Part shown: piece by piece, positions 16,239-23,315 of the stretch | How the letters are laid out: the number at the start of each line of letters is the position of its first letter | How positions within the stretch are numbered: position 1 is the stretch's first letter | Source: Actinomycetota bacterium | GTDB taxonomy: Bacteria; Actinomycetota; Actinomycetes; Streptosporangiales; Streptosporangiaceae | Direction: 5' to 3' | NCBI GenBank assembly: GCA_027306495.1 | Contig: DAHUZQ010000235.1 | Location: 1-23,315, forward strand | Length of the DNA stretch: 23,315 nucleotides | Made by a program: the position numbers and the translations under genes | The notes under the pieces: model-generated | The model's database searches: none | What the model saw: only the letters and a program-made list of their open reading frames with translations | What the model was told of the DNA's origin: nothing

Positions 16239-17759
16239 TCACGCGCTCACCCCCGCCGGGCCGGGATCGGACAGCGGCAGGCCCTGCCTGCCGCCGGGCC
16301 TGGCGGGCGGTGGGACGGTCCAGTCCCCAGCGGGCCCGGCCGGGCCAGCCGCAAGGTCCGAGCGCACCTGGCGCGTCGCCATCAGTCCGCTGCGCACTGC
16401 TCCCTCCATCGTGTCCGGCCATCCGGTTTCGGTCCACGCTCCAGCCAGCACCAGCCCGGGCAGCGCTGTCGCCGACCCGGGGCGCAGCACGCCACACCCG
16501 GGACCCTGGCGGATCGTCGCCCGGCGCTCCCTGGTCACGAAGAAATCCAGCACCCGGGCCTGGCGCGCGGCGGGGAACAGCTCAGCAAGAGCGGGGATGA
16601 ACCGCTCCTCGAACGCGGCAGCGGGTGCGTCGACACAAGCGTCCGCGGCCGACAGCGACACCGCCAGGTACTGACCTGACGCAAGCCCGGCCGTCCCGCT
16701 CCGGTCGAACACCCACTGGACCGGTGAGTCCACCGCCGCGGCGAACGGCAGGCGGGTCACGCGCCGGTCATAGACCACATGAACGTTGACGATCGGCGAT
16801 TCCCCGAGGCCGGCCCACTGCGCCGGGCCGGGACCGTGCGTCACCGCACCCGGCGGAACCAGGCCGGCGGCCATCTTCGGCGGCACCGCCAGCACCCCGG
16901 CGTCGGCATCGATCCGCGGGCCGGCGGCCCGCGCGGGCCCGGCACCGCCCGCGGGCTCGCGCAGCCGGATACTGAACCCTCCGGCCCTGGCCGGCTCGAT
17001 CGCGCTCACCTTGGCGCAAAGCCGGACCGTCGCCCCGAGGCGGGCCAGCAGAGCGGCGGCGGCCCGCCCGTGCAGATCCCCCAACGGCACCGTGGGGACG
17101 CCGATGTCCGCCGCGTCCGCCCGGCCCAGCAGGGCTGTCCGCACGACGGTGGCCGCCAGGGCAAGGTCGGCGCCGTCCCCGGCCATGTTGAGGGTGGAGA
17201 CGGTGAACAGATCCCATAGCACCCGCCTGGTCCGCTCATCCTGGCCGTGGGCGGCGAGCCATTCTCCCAGGCTGGCCGCGCCGCCGGGCTTCGGGGAGGA
17301 GCCACGGGCAGTGGCCAGACCGGCGTCCGCCCGGCCCGCCGGCGCGAGCCTGGCCAGCGCGGCCGCGGCGGGGAACACCCGCAACCGCTGGGCCGGCGTC
17401 AGGAACCGGTAACCAGCCAGGGCGCGGCCCATATGCAGCGGCCCCGGCAGCCCGTCGCGCCACAGCCGGGCGCGGTCCCGCGGCGCGAGGACCGTCACGT
17501 CGAACCGGTCCTGCAGGGCGACCGAGCCGCTCATGCCGAGCCGGGCAAGCAACGTCCGGTAGGCATGGCAACAGCGCAGGAATATGTGCTGCCCATTGTC
17601 GACGCTCAGGCCCCCGCGCGAGAACGACGTTGTCGCTCCGCCGAGCCGTGGCCTGGCCTCCAGCAGGGTCACCCGCGCACCCGTCTCCGAAAGCGCGATG
17701 GCAGCGGTGATGCCAGCCAGCCCACCGCCCACCACGGCGACGTGACGCTGCGGCCTCAC
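16239..17759 (-). CDS. hpnE: HpnE, FAD-dependent hydroxysqualene dehydroxylase (amine-oxidase/phytoene-desaturase family)
   Basis: Rossmann FAD motif VAVVGGGLAGITAAIALSETGARVTLLE. The track ORF (start 18266) carries about 170 aa of Arg/Gly-rich artefact that overlaps hpnD. The preferred start is GTG at 17757-17759, which overlaps the hpnD TGA (GTGA). Confidence 0.8.
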   Translation of the reverse strand: MRPQRHVAVVGGGLAGITAAIALSETGARVTLLEARPRLGGATTSFSRGGLSVDNGQHIFLRCCHAYRTLLARLGMSGSVALQDRFDVTVLAPRDRARLWRDGLPGPLHMGRALAGYRFLTPAQRLRVFPAAAALARLAPAGRADAGLATARGSSPKPGGAASLGEWLAAHGQDERTRRVLWDLFTVSTLNMAGDGADLALAATVVRTALLGRADAADIGVPTVPLGDLHGRAAAALLARLGATVRLCAKVSAIEPARAGGFSIRLREPAGGAGPARAAGPRIDADAGVLAVPPKMAAGLVPPGAVTHGPGPAQWAGLGESPIVNVHVVYDRRVTRLPFAAAVDSPVQWVFDRSGTAGLASGQYLAVSLSAADACVDAPAAAFEERFIPALAELFPAARQARVLDFFVTRERRATIRQGPGCGVLRPGSATALPGLVLAGAWTETGWPDTMEGAVRSGLMATRQVRSDLAAGPAGPAGDWTVPPPARPGGRQGLPLSDPGPAGVSA

Positions 17760-18670
17760 CGCGCGGCTCCCGCCGGCGGCTGCACTGGCGCGCGGCCCTG
17801 CCACAGGCCTGCCGCCAGCGAACGGACGGCGACCATCGCCTTCTCCCGTCCCGGCAGGGAGAGCCTGCCCTCGAGCACCGCGGCGGGGGTTGCCTCGATG
17901 TGCTCGAGCAGGCGCTGGTAGATGCCGGCCATGGCGCCGGCCGACGCGGCGCTGCGCCGGTCGAGCAGCGGTATCAGCGCCAGCCCGCGCTGATACCAGC
18001 CCCGGGCACGGTCCGCCTCGAACTCGACCAGCGATGCGAGGCGGCCGTCCCCAGCGGAGGGCCCGGCGGCGAAGGAGCATCCGAAGCGTTCGAGGTCTTC
18101 GGCCGGCAGATACACCCGCCCGGTGAGGTAGTCCTCCCGGATATCGCGCAGGATGTTGGTGAGTTGCAGCGCCACGCCCAGCGCATCGGCCAGCGGAGCC
18201 GCGGTGGCCGGGTCGTCGCAGCCGAAGACGCCCAGTGACAGCCGGCCTATCGAACCCGCCACGCACCTGCAGTAGTGCAGGAGGTCATCGAAGGTGCGAT
18301 AGGTGACCCCCCTGACATCGGCCTCGCACCCGTCGATGAGCTCGCCGAAGGCGGCCAGCGGGATGTCGAACCGGTGCGCGGCGTCGGCCAGTGCCGTCAG
18401 GACCGGATCGCCGCTGGCGGCAGGGCCTGCGGCGTTCCCATCGCCGCTCACCAGGTCCGCCAGGCTCTGCCGGGCACCCGCCAGCGCCACCAGCTTGGCC
18501 TCCTGCGGCAGGTCGCCATCCCCGATGTCGTCTATCCGGCGCGCGAAGGCGTAGACGGCCGCCAGTGCCTGCCGCTTGGCTGGGACCAGCAGCCTGATCC
18601 CGTAGGAGAAGTTCCTCGCCTGCGACCAGGTGATCTCCTCACAGGTCCGGTAGGCCGCCCGGACGTCCAT
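17756..18670 (-). CDS. hpnD: HpnD, presqualene diphosphate synthase (squalene/phytoene synthase family)
   Basis: SQS/PSY family motifs AAVYAFARRIDDIGD and YCRCVAGSIG, and the NILRDIRED region. The preferred start is the second ATG (MDVRAAYRTCEEIT), with GGAGGTG 6 nt upstream that contains the hpnC TGA stop. Confidence 0.85.
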   Translation of the reverse strand: MDVRAAYRTCEEITWSQARNFSYGIRLLVPAKRQALAAVYAFARRIDDIGDGDLPQEAKLVALAGARQSLADLVSGDGNAAGPAASGDPVLTALADAAHRFDIPLAAFGELIDGCEADVRGVTYRTFDDLLHYCRCVAGSIGRLSLGVFGCDDPATAAPLADALGVALQLTNILRDIREDYLTGRVYLPAEDLERFGCSFAAGPSAGDGRLASLVEFEADRARGWYQRGLALIPLLDRRSAASAGAMAGIYQRLLEHIEATPAAVLEGRLSLPGREKAMVAVRSLAAGLWQGRAPVQPPAGAAR

Positions 18671-18674
18671 CGCT

Positions 18675-19601
18675 TCACCTCCCCGTCGCATAGGCCTTCA
18701 GCAGTTCCGCGGCGACGGCTCCGCCGCGCGGCCGGGGAGTGGACCGCAGCACGTCATGTCCGCTGCGGGCAACCGCGGCCAGGGCGGCCCGGCCGCCTGC
18801 GACGTAGCCCGCGACCGCGGCCCGGGCGGCCCCGCGCAGCGTCCCGATCAGCGGTGCGCCCCGGTCCAGCAGGTAGCGGGCCCGGTCGGCCTCGAAGGCG
18901 ACCAGCGCCACAACCCGCGGCCCGGCGGCGGGGGCAGCAAGGTCCCGCTCGCCGCAGCCGAACCGCCGCAAATCCTCCACAGGCAGGTAGATACGGCCCT
19001 TCCGCAGGTCCTCAGCGACATCCTGGATGTGCTCTACCAGTTGCAGGGCCGTGCAAACATCATCTGAGCGGGTGATGCGCCCAGGGGTCGCGGCACCGAA
19101 GATGTGCAGCACAACCTGGCCCACCGGGTTGGCCGAGAGCCGGCAATAGGCCACCAGGTCATCGAACGCCGGGTAGCGGCTCACCTCCTGGTCCTGGCGA
19201 TTCGCCTGGATCAGGTCGAGAAAGGGCTGTGCCGGTATAGCGCACTGTGCGACCGCCGGGGCGAGGGCGCGGATCACGGGCAGATGAGGCCCGTCCGGCG
19301 CGGGCGGGAGCGGCACATCCTGCCAGAGCCGGCCGTCGTAGAGACGGCGCAGGTCCGCTTCGAGTTCATCGAGCAGCGCCCGGCGCGGGCCCGGTGCTTC
19401 GTCGCCGATGTCGTCAGCCGTCCGTGCGAACGCGTAGAGGGCGGCCAGATGGCGCCGGTGGCGGCGCGGCAGGAACCGCAACGCCACCGGGAAGTTCTCA
19501 CTCGAAGCCTGGCGGGCCGCGCCCGCGGCGACTCCGGCGACGGCTTCGGCCGCTGATCCGGGCGGTGCCTGCCCGGCGGCCGGCGGCTGATCCGGGATCA
19601 T
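18675..19601 (-). CDS. hpnC: HpnC, hydroxysqualene synthase (squalene/phytoene synthase family)
   Basis: ENFPVA motif near the N-terminus, plus LYAFARTADDIGDE and YCRLSANPVGQ. The preferred start is the ATG at 19599-19601 (MIPDQ...), with GAAGGGA about 9 nt upstream in a locally AT-richer region. The track start is at 19637. Confidence 0.85.
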   Translation of the reverse strand: MIPDQPPAAGQAPPGSAAEAVAGVAAGAARQASSENFPVALRFLPRRHRRHLAALYAFARTADDIGDEAPGPRRALLDELEADLRRLYDGRLWQDVPLPPAPDGPHLPVIRALAPAVAQCAIPAQPFLDLIQANRQDQEVSRYPAFDDLVAYCRLSANPVGQVVLHIFGAATPGRITRSDDVCTALQLVEHIQDVAEDLRKGRIYLPVEDLRRFGCGERDLAAPAAGPRVVALVAFEADRARYLLDRGAPLIGTLRGAARAAVAGYVAGGRAALAAVARSGHDVLRSTPRPRGGAVAAELLKAYATGR

Positions 19602-20032
19602 GAACTCTATCCCTTCACAGTTTCCGGCTAATTGCAAACAATGACATTCGCGTCACCTGACATCTGTGTCGGGGAATGCGTCGCGGTGGTCATCAAAGAC
19701 CTCGCAGCCGCAGCCGCCCCGGTCCGCGCGGCGATCCGGGCAGCCGCCAAGCTGGCGCCCATACCGGCCCGGCCAGCCGGGACATCCCGCGTAAAGTGCG
19801 CCATCGCCCTGCTGGAAGGTCATTGCCCGAGTACTCGCCACCGGGCACTGCCCCTGACCGCCCGGGTGGCACAGCCGCATTGCGGCCAGCAGCATGCGGA
19901 CCAGGCAAAAGCGCGCTAATCGTCACGGGATGTTTTCTGGAAACAAGCGAGATGAATGACATCCGCAATGGGAGTGGCCACTGGTGAAACAGCAGAAAAG
20001 GCATGTGCCCAGCCGGGGGGCGGGCCAGGGCG
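19602..20032. promoter_or_regulatory. 430-bp non-coding leader/promoter region of the hopanoid operon, with lower-GC segments at 19602-19660 and 19920-20000
   Basis: No ORF with convincing codon bias; the two overlapping same-phase antisense ORFs have third-position GC of only 71-79%. AT-richer stretches (ttgcaaacaatgacattc; gatgttttctggaaacaagcgagatgaatgacatcc) stand out against about 72% GC. It lies upstream of hpnC and downstream of the membrane PP2C gene. Confidence 0.4.
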
Positions 20033-21127
20033 TCAGTGCCGCCAGATGATCGCCAGCGCGCAGTCGTCCGTGCTCGGGCCCGACTGCATGGACTTCACCA
20101 GGTCGTCCGCTGCCCGGAAGCCGGAATTGGCCAGCCGGTCGGCCTCCCCGAGCAACCGGTCGGTGCCGTAGTCGATGTCCCGGCCGGGCAACTCCACCAG
20201 CCCATCGGTGTAGATCATGAGGGCGTCACCCGGTCGCAGGGTGCCCCGCTCCGGCGTCAAGCGCAGATCCTCCACGACACCGAGGACAATGCCGTGCGCC
20301 CGGGTCATCCGCCAGGTGGCGCTGGCCCCGTCGAAATGCGCCGCAGGCGGATGCCCCGCACAGCCCACCAGATAGTCGCCACTTGCCAGATCGATGGTGA
20401 CGTGGATGGCGGTGACAAAGCCGTCCGATCCGCCGCCCCGCAGCAGGTAGGCGTTGCACGCCGGCAGGAACTCGTGCCGCGCCACCGTGCCGAGCAGGCC
20501 GCCGAACGCCCCAGAGAGCAGCAGGGCCCGTGTCCCGGCGGTGACCCCCTTGCCCGCCACGTCCACCAGGGCGATTTCCAGCACCTTCTCGTCGCAGGTG
20601 GAGACCAGAAAGTCGCCACCGAACGAGGAACCGCCAGCAGCCTTGAGCACCGAAACCGACCCCCAGCCCTCCGGGAGTTCCGGCAGGGTGCCCTGAGCAC
20701 GGATCCGGTCCCGCAACTCGATCAGCATGTGCTCGCCGCGCAAGCCCTTCATGCCGAGTTTTTTGCGGGTGCGGGCGAGGACGTCGGCGAGCAGTGCCGT
20801 CACCACAATGGTCGCGATGAGCCCGGGGCCGGCCCGGCCGCGCAGGAAGTCGTACAGCAGGCCAGCCGCGACGATCACATACAGCGCCCGCAGTGCCCGG
20901 GGCGTCAGCAGCAGGCCACCCGCCAGCACCGGCAGGATCAGCAGGCCGGGGGAGAACCATGCCCTCGACACGTGGACGGCGCCGACGCTGATCGCCACGG
21001 TCGCGAGCGCGAGGCCGAGCGCCAGCCGCCGGTTCCGGGTGATGACCTGCCGCCTCGCCAGGCCACCGGCATAGGCCGCGCCCGCACGTGCGGCGCGCAC
21101 CAGCCGGAACCGGGTGGGGGAAACCAT
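20033..21127 (-). CDS. membrane-anchored SpoIIE/PP2C-family phosphatase (RsbU-like), with 4-5 N-terminal TM helices
   Basis: Hydrophobic N-terminal third (LALGLALATVAISVGAV, LLILPVLAGGLLL, LYVIVAAGLLY, LIATIVVTALLADVL). PP2C/SpoIIE motifs are FGGDFL, DVAGKGV, LMIYTDGLVE and DDCALAII. Confidence 0.8.
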   Translation of the reverse strand: MVSPTRFRLVRAARAGAAYAGGLARRQVITRNRRLALGLALATVAISVGAVHVSRAWFSPGLLILPVLAGGLLLTPRALRALYVIVAAGLLYDFLRGRAGPGLIATIVVTALLADVLARTRKKLGMKGLRGEHMLIELRDRIRAQGTLPELPEGWGSVSVLKAAGGSSFGGDFLVSTCDEKVLEIALVDVAGKGVTAGTRALLLSGAFGGLLGTVARHEFLPACNAYLLRGGGSDGFVTAIHVTIDLASGDYLVGCAGHPPAAHFDGASATWRMTRAHGIVLGVVEDLRLTPERGTLRPGDALMIYTDGLVELPGRDIDYGTDRLLGEADRLANSGFRAADDLVKSMQSGPSTDDCALAIIWRH

Positions 21128-21333
21128 GATGGCCGCACTGTATCCGGCCAGGGCCGCGCTGGCACCCCTTCTCAGGGTCCTTATCCAGCGATGATGCGCG
21201 GCATGGTGCCCGCCGGGGCAGCCGGGGCCGGACCGCCCGGCGGCATCCGATCGCCCGCCAGGGCCGCGCGGACAGTGCGCCCCGGCCCGATATCTGGTGG
21301 CGCCCTGCCGCGCGGCCCGGTAGGAAGGCGGAC

Positions 21334-22620
21334 ATGGCCAGCGAATACCCCATCCGCCCGATCAGCCCCGGCGAGTACCCGGCCTTTGCGGCCGTTCACT
21401 CTCATGCTTTCAATTCGGCCCCGCACGGCCAGGACCGCCGGGAAAGAGCCCTGGCACTGATGGAGTTCGAGCGCAGCCTGGCGGCGTTCGACGGGACCAC
21501 CCTGGTCGGCAAGGCGGGGGCCTACAGCCTCCGGCTGTGCGTGCCCGGCGCGGTGACACCGGTGGCGGGAGTGACCATGGTCGGGGTGCTGCCCTCCCAT
21601 CGGCGCCGGGGCATCCTGTCGGCGCTCATGCGGCGGCAACTGCACGACATCCACGACCGGGGCGAGGCCGTGGCCGTCCTGTGGGCCTCCGAGGCCGGCA
21701 TCTACGAACGGTACGGGTACGGCCCGGCTTCATGGCATGCCGCGTTCAGCGTCAACCGCCATGAGGTGCGCCTGCGGGCCCACGTTCCCGGTGACGCGGG
21801 GCTGCGGCTGCGGATCGCCGAACCCGGCGCGTCCCGGGATGACCTGGCGAGGGTGTACGACACCGTCCTGGACGGCCAACCGGGCCTGTTCAAGCGTGAC
21901 GAAGCCTGGTGGAACAGGGTGCTGGCCGAGCGTGATCCAGCGCCAACTTCCACCCCACTGCGCTGCGTCATAGCCGAGGATGATGACGGCCCACGCGGCT
22001 ATGCGCTGTTCACAGCACAGGAGGCCTGGGATGAGGACTCGTTCCTGCCCGCCGCGAAGATGGCTGTGCAGGAGGTCATGACCGCCGATCCCAGCGCCAC
22101 GGCGGCGATCTGGCGAGATCTGCTCAGCCGCGACCTCATCGAGCAGGTGCGTGCCGACCTGCGGCCCGTTGACGACCCGCTGATCCACCTGCTGGCTGAC
22201 CCGCGCCGGCTTCGCGCCCGGGTCAGCGACGGGCTGTGGGCGCGGGTCGTCGACGTAGGCGCGGCGGCGGGCCAGCGCCACTATGCCTGCCCGGTCGAGG
22301 TAGTGCTCGACGTCGTCGACGACGTGTGCCCGTGGAACTCCGGGCGCTGGCGGCTGGCCGCCGGCCCGGACGGCTCCGGCCGGGCATCCGCGCCGGGCCT
22401 GGCCCCGCCCGGCGGCTACCGGGCCGTCTGCGAGCGAACGGCCGCCCCGGCGGATCTCACCCTGCCCGCCCACGCGCTCGGAGCGGTTTACCTGGGCGGC
22501 ACCAGGCTCGGGCCGCTGCGTCAGGCGGGGATCGTCATCGAGCACCGGCCGGGCGCGGTAGCGGCCCTCTCCGCCGCCATGGCGTGGGATCCCGCACCCT
22601 GGTGCCCGGTCATCTTCTGA
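21334..22620 (+). CDS. eis: Eis-family GNAT N-acetyltransferase (enhanced intracellular survival protein-like)
   Basis: Clear similarity to mycobacterial Eis: VGVLPSHRRRGILSALMRRQLHDIHDRG, VLWASEAGIYERYGYGP and the C-terminal LGAVYLGGTRLGPL. ATG with AGGAAGG 7 nt upstream. About 428 aa, matching the Eis tripartite architecture. Confidence 0.85.
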   Translation: MASEYPIRPISPGEYPAFAAVHSHAFNSAPHGQDRRERALALMEFERSLAAFDGTTLVGKAGAYSLRLCVPGAVTPVAGVTMVGVLPSHRRRGILSALMRRQLHDIHDRGEAVAVLWASEAGIYERYGYGPASWHAAFSVNRHEVRLRAHVPGDAGLRLRIAEPGASRDDLARVYDTVLDGQPGLFKRDEAWWNRVLAERDPAPTSTPLRCVIAEDDDGPRGYALFTAQEAWDEDSFLPAAKMAVQEVMTADPSATAAIWRDLLSRDLIEQVRADLRPVDDPLIHLLADPRRLRARVSDGLWARVVDVGAAAGQRHYACPVEVVLDVVDDVCPWNSGRWRLAAGPDGSGRASAPGLAPPGGYRAVCERTAAPADLTLPAHALGAVYLGGTRLGPLRQAGIVIEHRPGAVAALSAAMAWDPAPWCPVIF

Positions 22621-22676
22621 CGGTGGCACGGTCGCCCGAGGCCGGCGGTGGCACGGTCGCCCGAGGCCGGCGGTGG
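22621..22676. repeat. 25-bp tandem repeat (cggtggcacggtcgcccgaggccgg x2.2) starting one base after the eis stop codon
   Basis: Two perfect adjacent copies (22621-22645 and 22646-22670) plus a partial third copy, read directly from the sequence. Confidence 0.9.
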
Positions 22677-23165
22677 GCTCTGGCTGACCCGCTGCCACCG
22701 AGTGCGCGACCATGGGTGACATGAAGATCTCCGTGGACGCAGCGATGCGAGCGCGTGACGTGGGCCGGCCGCTGCCCCAGCATGAGGCGGCGCGGGCCAG
22801 GGCGGGCGCGAGCGCCCACGATGGTGCGCCGGGAGCGGGCGACCGAGGCGCGGCCATACCCGCTGACCCAGCTCCGGGCCACCCCACAGTGGATGAAGCC
22901 ACCGCTTCCCACCCCGCGACCAGGCCTGCGGCGGCACTTCCAGATGGGCCAGACCAAGCGGGCCCGGCGGGTCCGGGCGATGCGCCACCCCCGCCAGCCC
23001 GGCGCGGCAGGCGGCGCACCCGGCGCCGGGGCTGATCCCGGCCACTCCCCCGGGCGAAGCCCGCCGCCGGCAGGACCCCATCAGGGCGTGCCCCGTAGAC
23101 CTGTGCCGTCGCGAGCGGACGCCGGCGGGATGCATCGTGAGGCGGAGGAGGAGCCAATAGCGGAG

Positions 23166-23315
23166 CTATTCGCGATGGCGGCAACGCCGCGGCTGCCCGT
23201 CCGGTGGACGCGCAGCCGGCTGAACGATCTTCAGGTCCTGCCCTAGCCCGAGTTTCCTGGCTATCTCGATCTTGATGGGCTGACGCCCGGCCCGGATCGA
23301 CGCTGGCCTGCAGTG
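23166..23315 (-). CDS. possible 3' end of a gene running off the window (C-terminus ...GRQPIKIEIARKLGLGQDLKIVQPAARPPDGQPRRCRHRE), function unknown
   Basis: Open frame from the window edge to TAG at 23166-23168. Third-position GC is about 78%. It may contain an HTH-like IARKLGL segment. The evidence is weak. Confidence 0.2.
   Translation of the reverse strand, partial: HCRPASIRAGRQPIKIEIARKLGLGQDLKIVQPAARPPDGQPRRCRHRE

Noticed and set aside
19632-19919. Cys-containing small ORFs on both strands in the hopanoid operon leader (95 aa plus strand, 80 aa minus strand)
   Set aside because: They are exact same-phase antisense partners. Third-position GC is 71% and 79%, well below the genuine genes. 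No RBS was found.
1-23315. CRISPR arrays, transposases/integrases, toxin-antitoxin or defence-system genes
   Set aside because: Only short 2-3-copy tandem repeats (18, 21 and 25 bp) are present and none has spacer-like organisation. No ORF shows recombinase, nuclease or helicase motifs.

Overview
High-GC (about 70%) actinomycete-type chromosomal window (Frankia/Streptomyces-like, by inference); gene-dense, no mobile elements or CRISPR arrays detected. Left to right, the window holds:
- (a) a tRNA-Gly(UCC), followed by a small lower-GC zinc-ribbon membrane protein.
- (b) a minus-strand operon of PP2C phosphatase -> FHA-domain::PrsW-type intramembrane protease fusion (with a His/Gly/Ala-rich repeat tail) -> SAM-dependent methyltransferase. 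This is the most plausible candidate for an undescribed phospho-regulated intramembrane-proteolysis signalling module.
- (c) a minus-strand operon of NfeD-like OB-fold protein -> anchorless flotillin -> HpnB-like family-2 glycosyltransferase.
- (d) a ribokinase with an internal 21-bp tandem duplication, preceded by a perfect 18-bp inverted repeat.
- (e) a large GAF-PP2C-HATPase_c signalling protein.
- (f) a complete, tightly translationally coupled hopanoid biosynthesis operon on the minus strand: hpnC-hpnD-hpnE-polyprenyl synthase-shc-(hpnG::ispH fusion)-hpnH.
- (g) a membrane-anchored SpoIIE/PP2C phosphatase directly upstream of the hopanoid operon's long promoter region.
- (h) an Eis-family GNAT acetyltransferase followed by a 25-bp tandem repeat.
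Several ORF-track start sites are over-extended; corrected starts are proposed from RBS positions, stop/start overlaps and domain boundaries. The ORF track uses GTG/TTG as alternative starts (shown as M). Many long R/P/G-rich ORFs antisense to real genes are high-GC frame artefacts.
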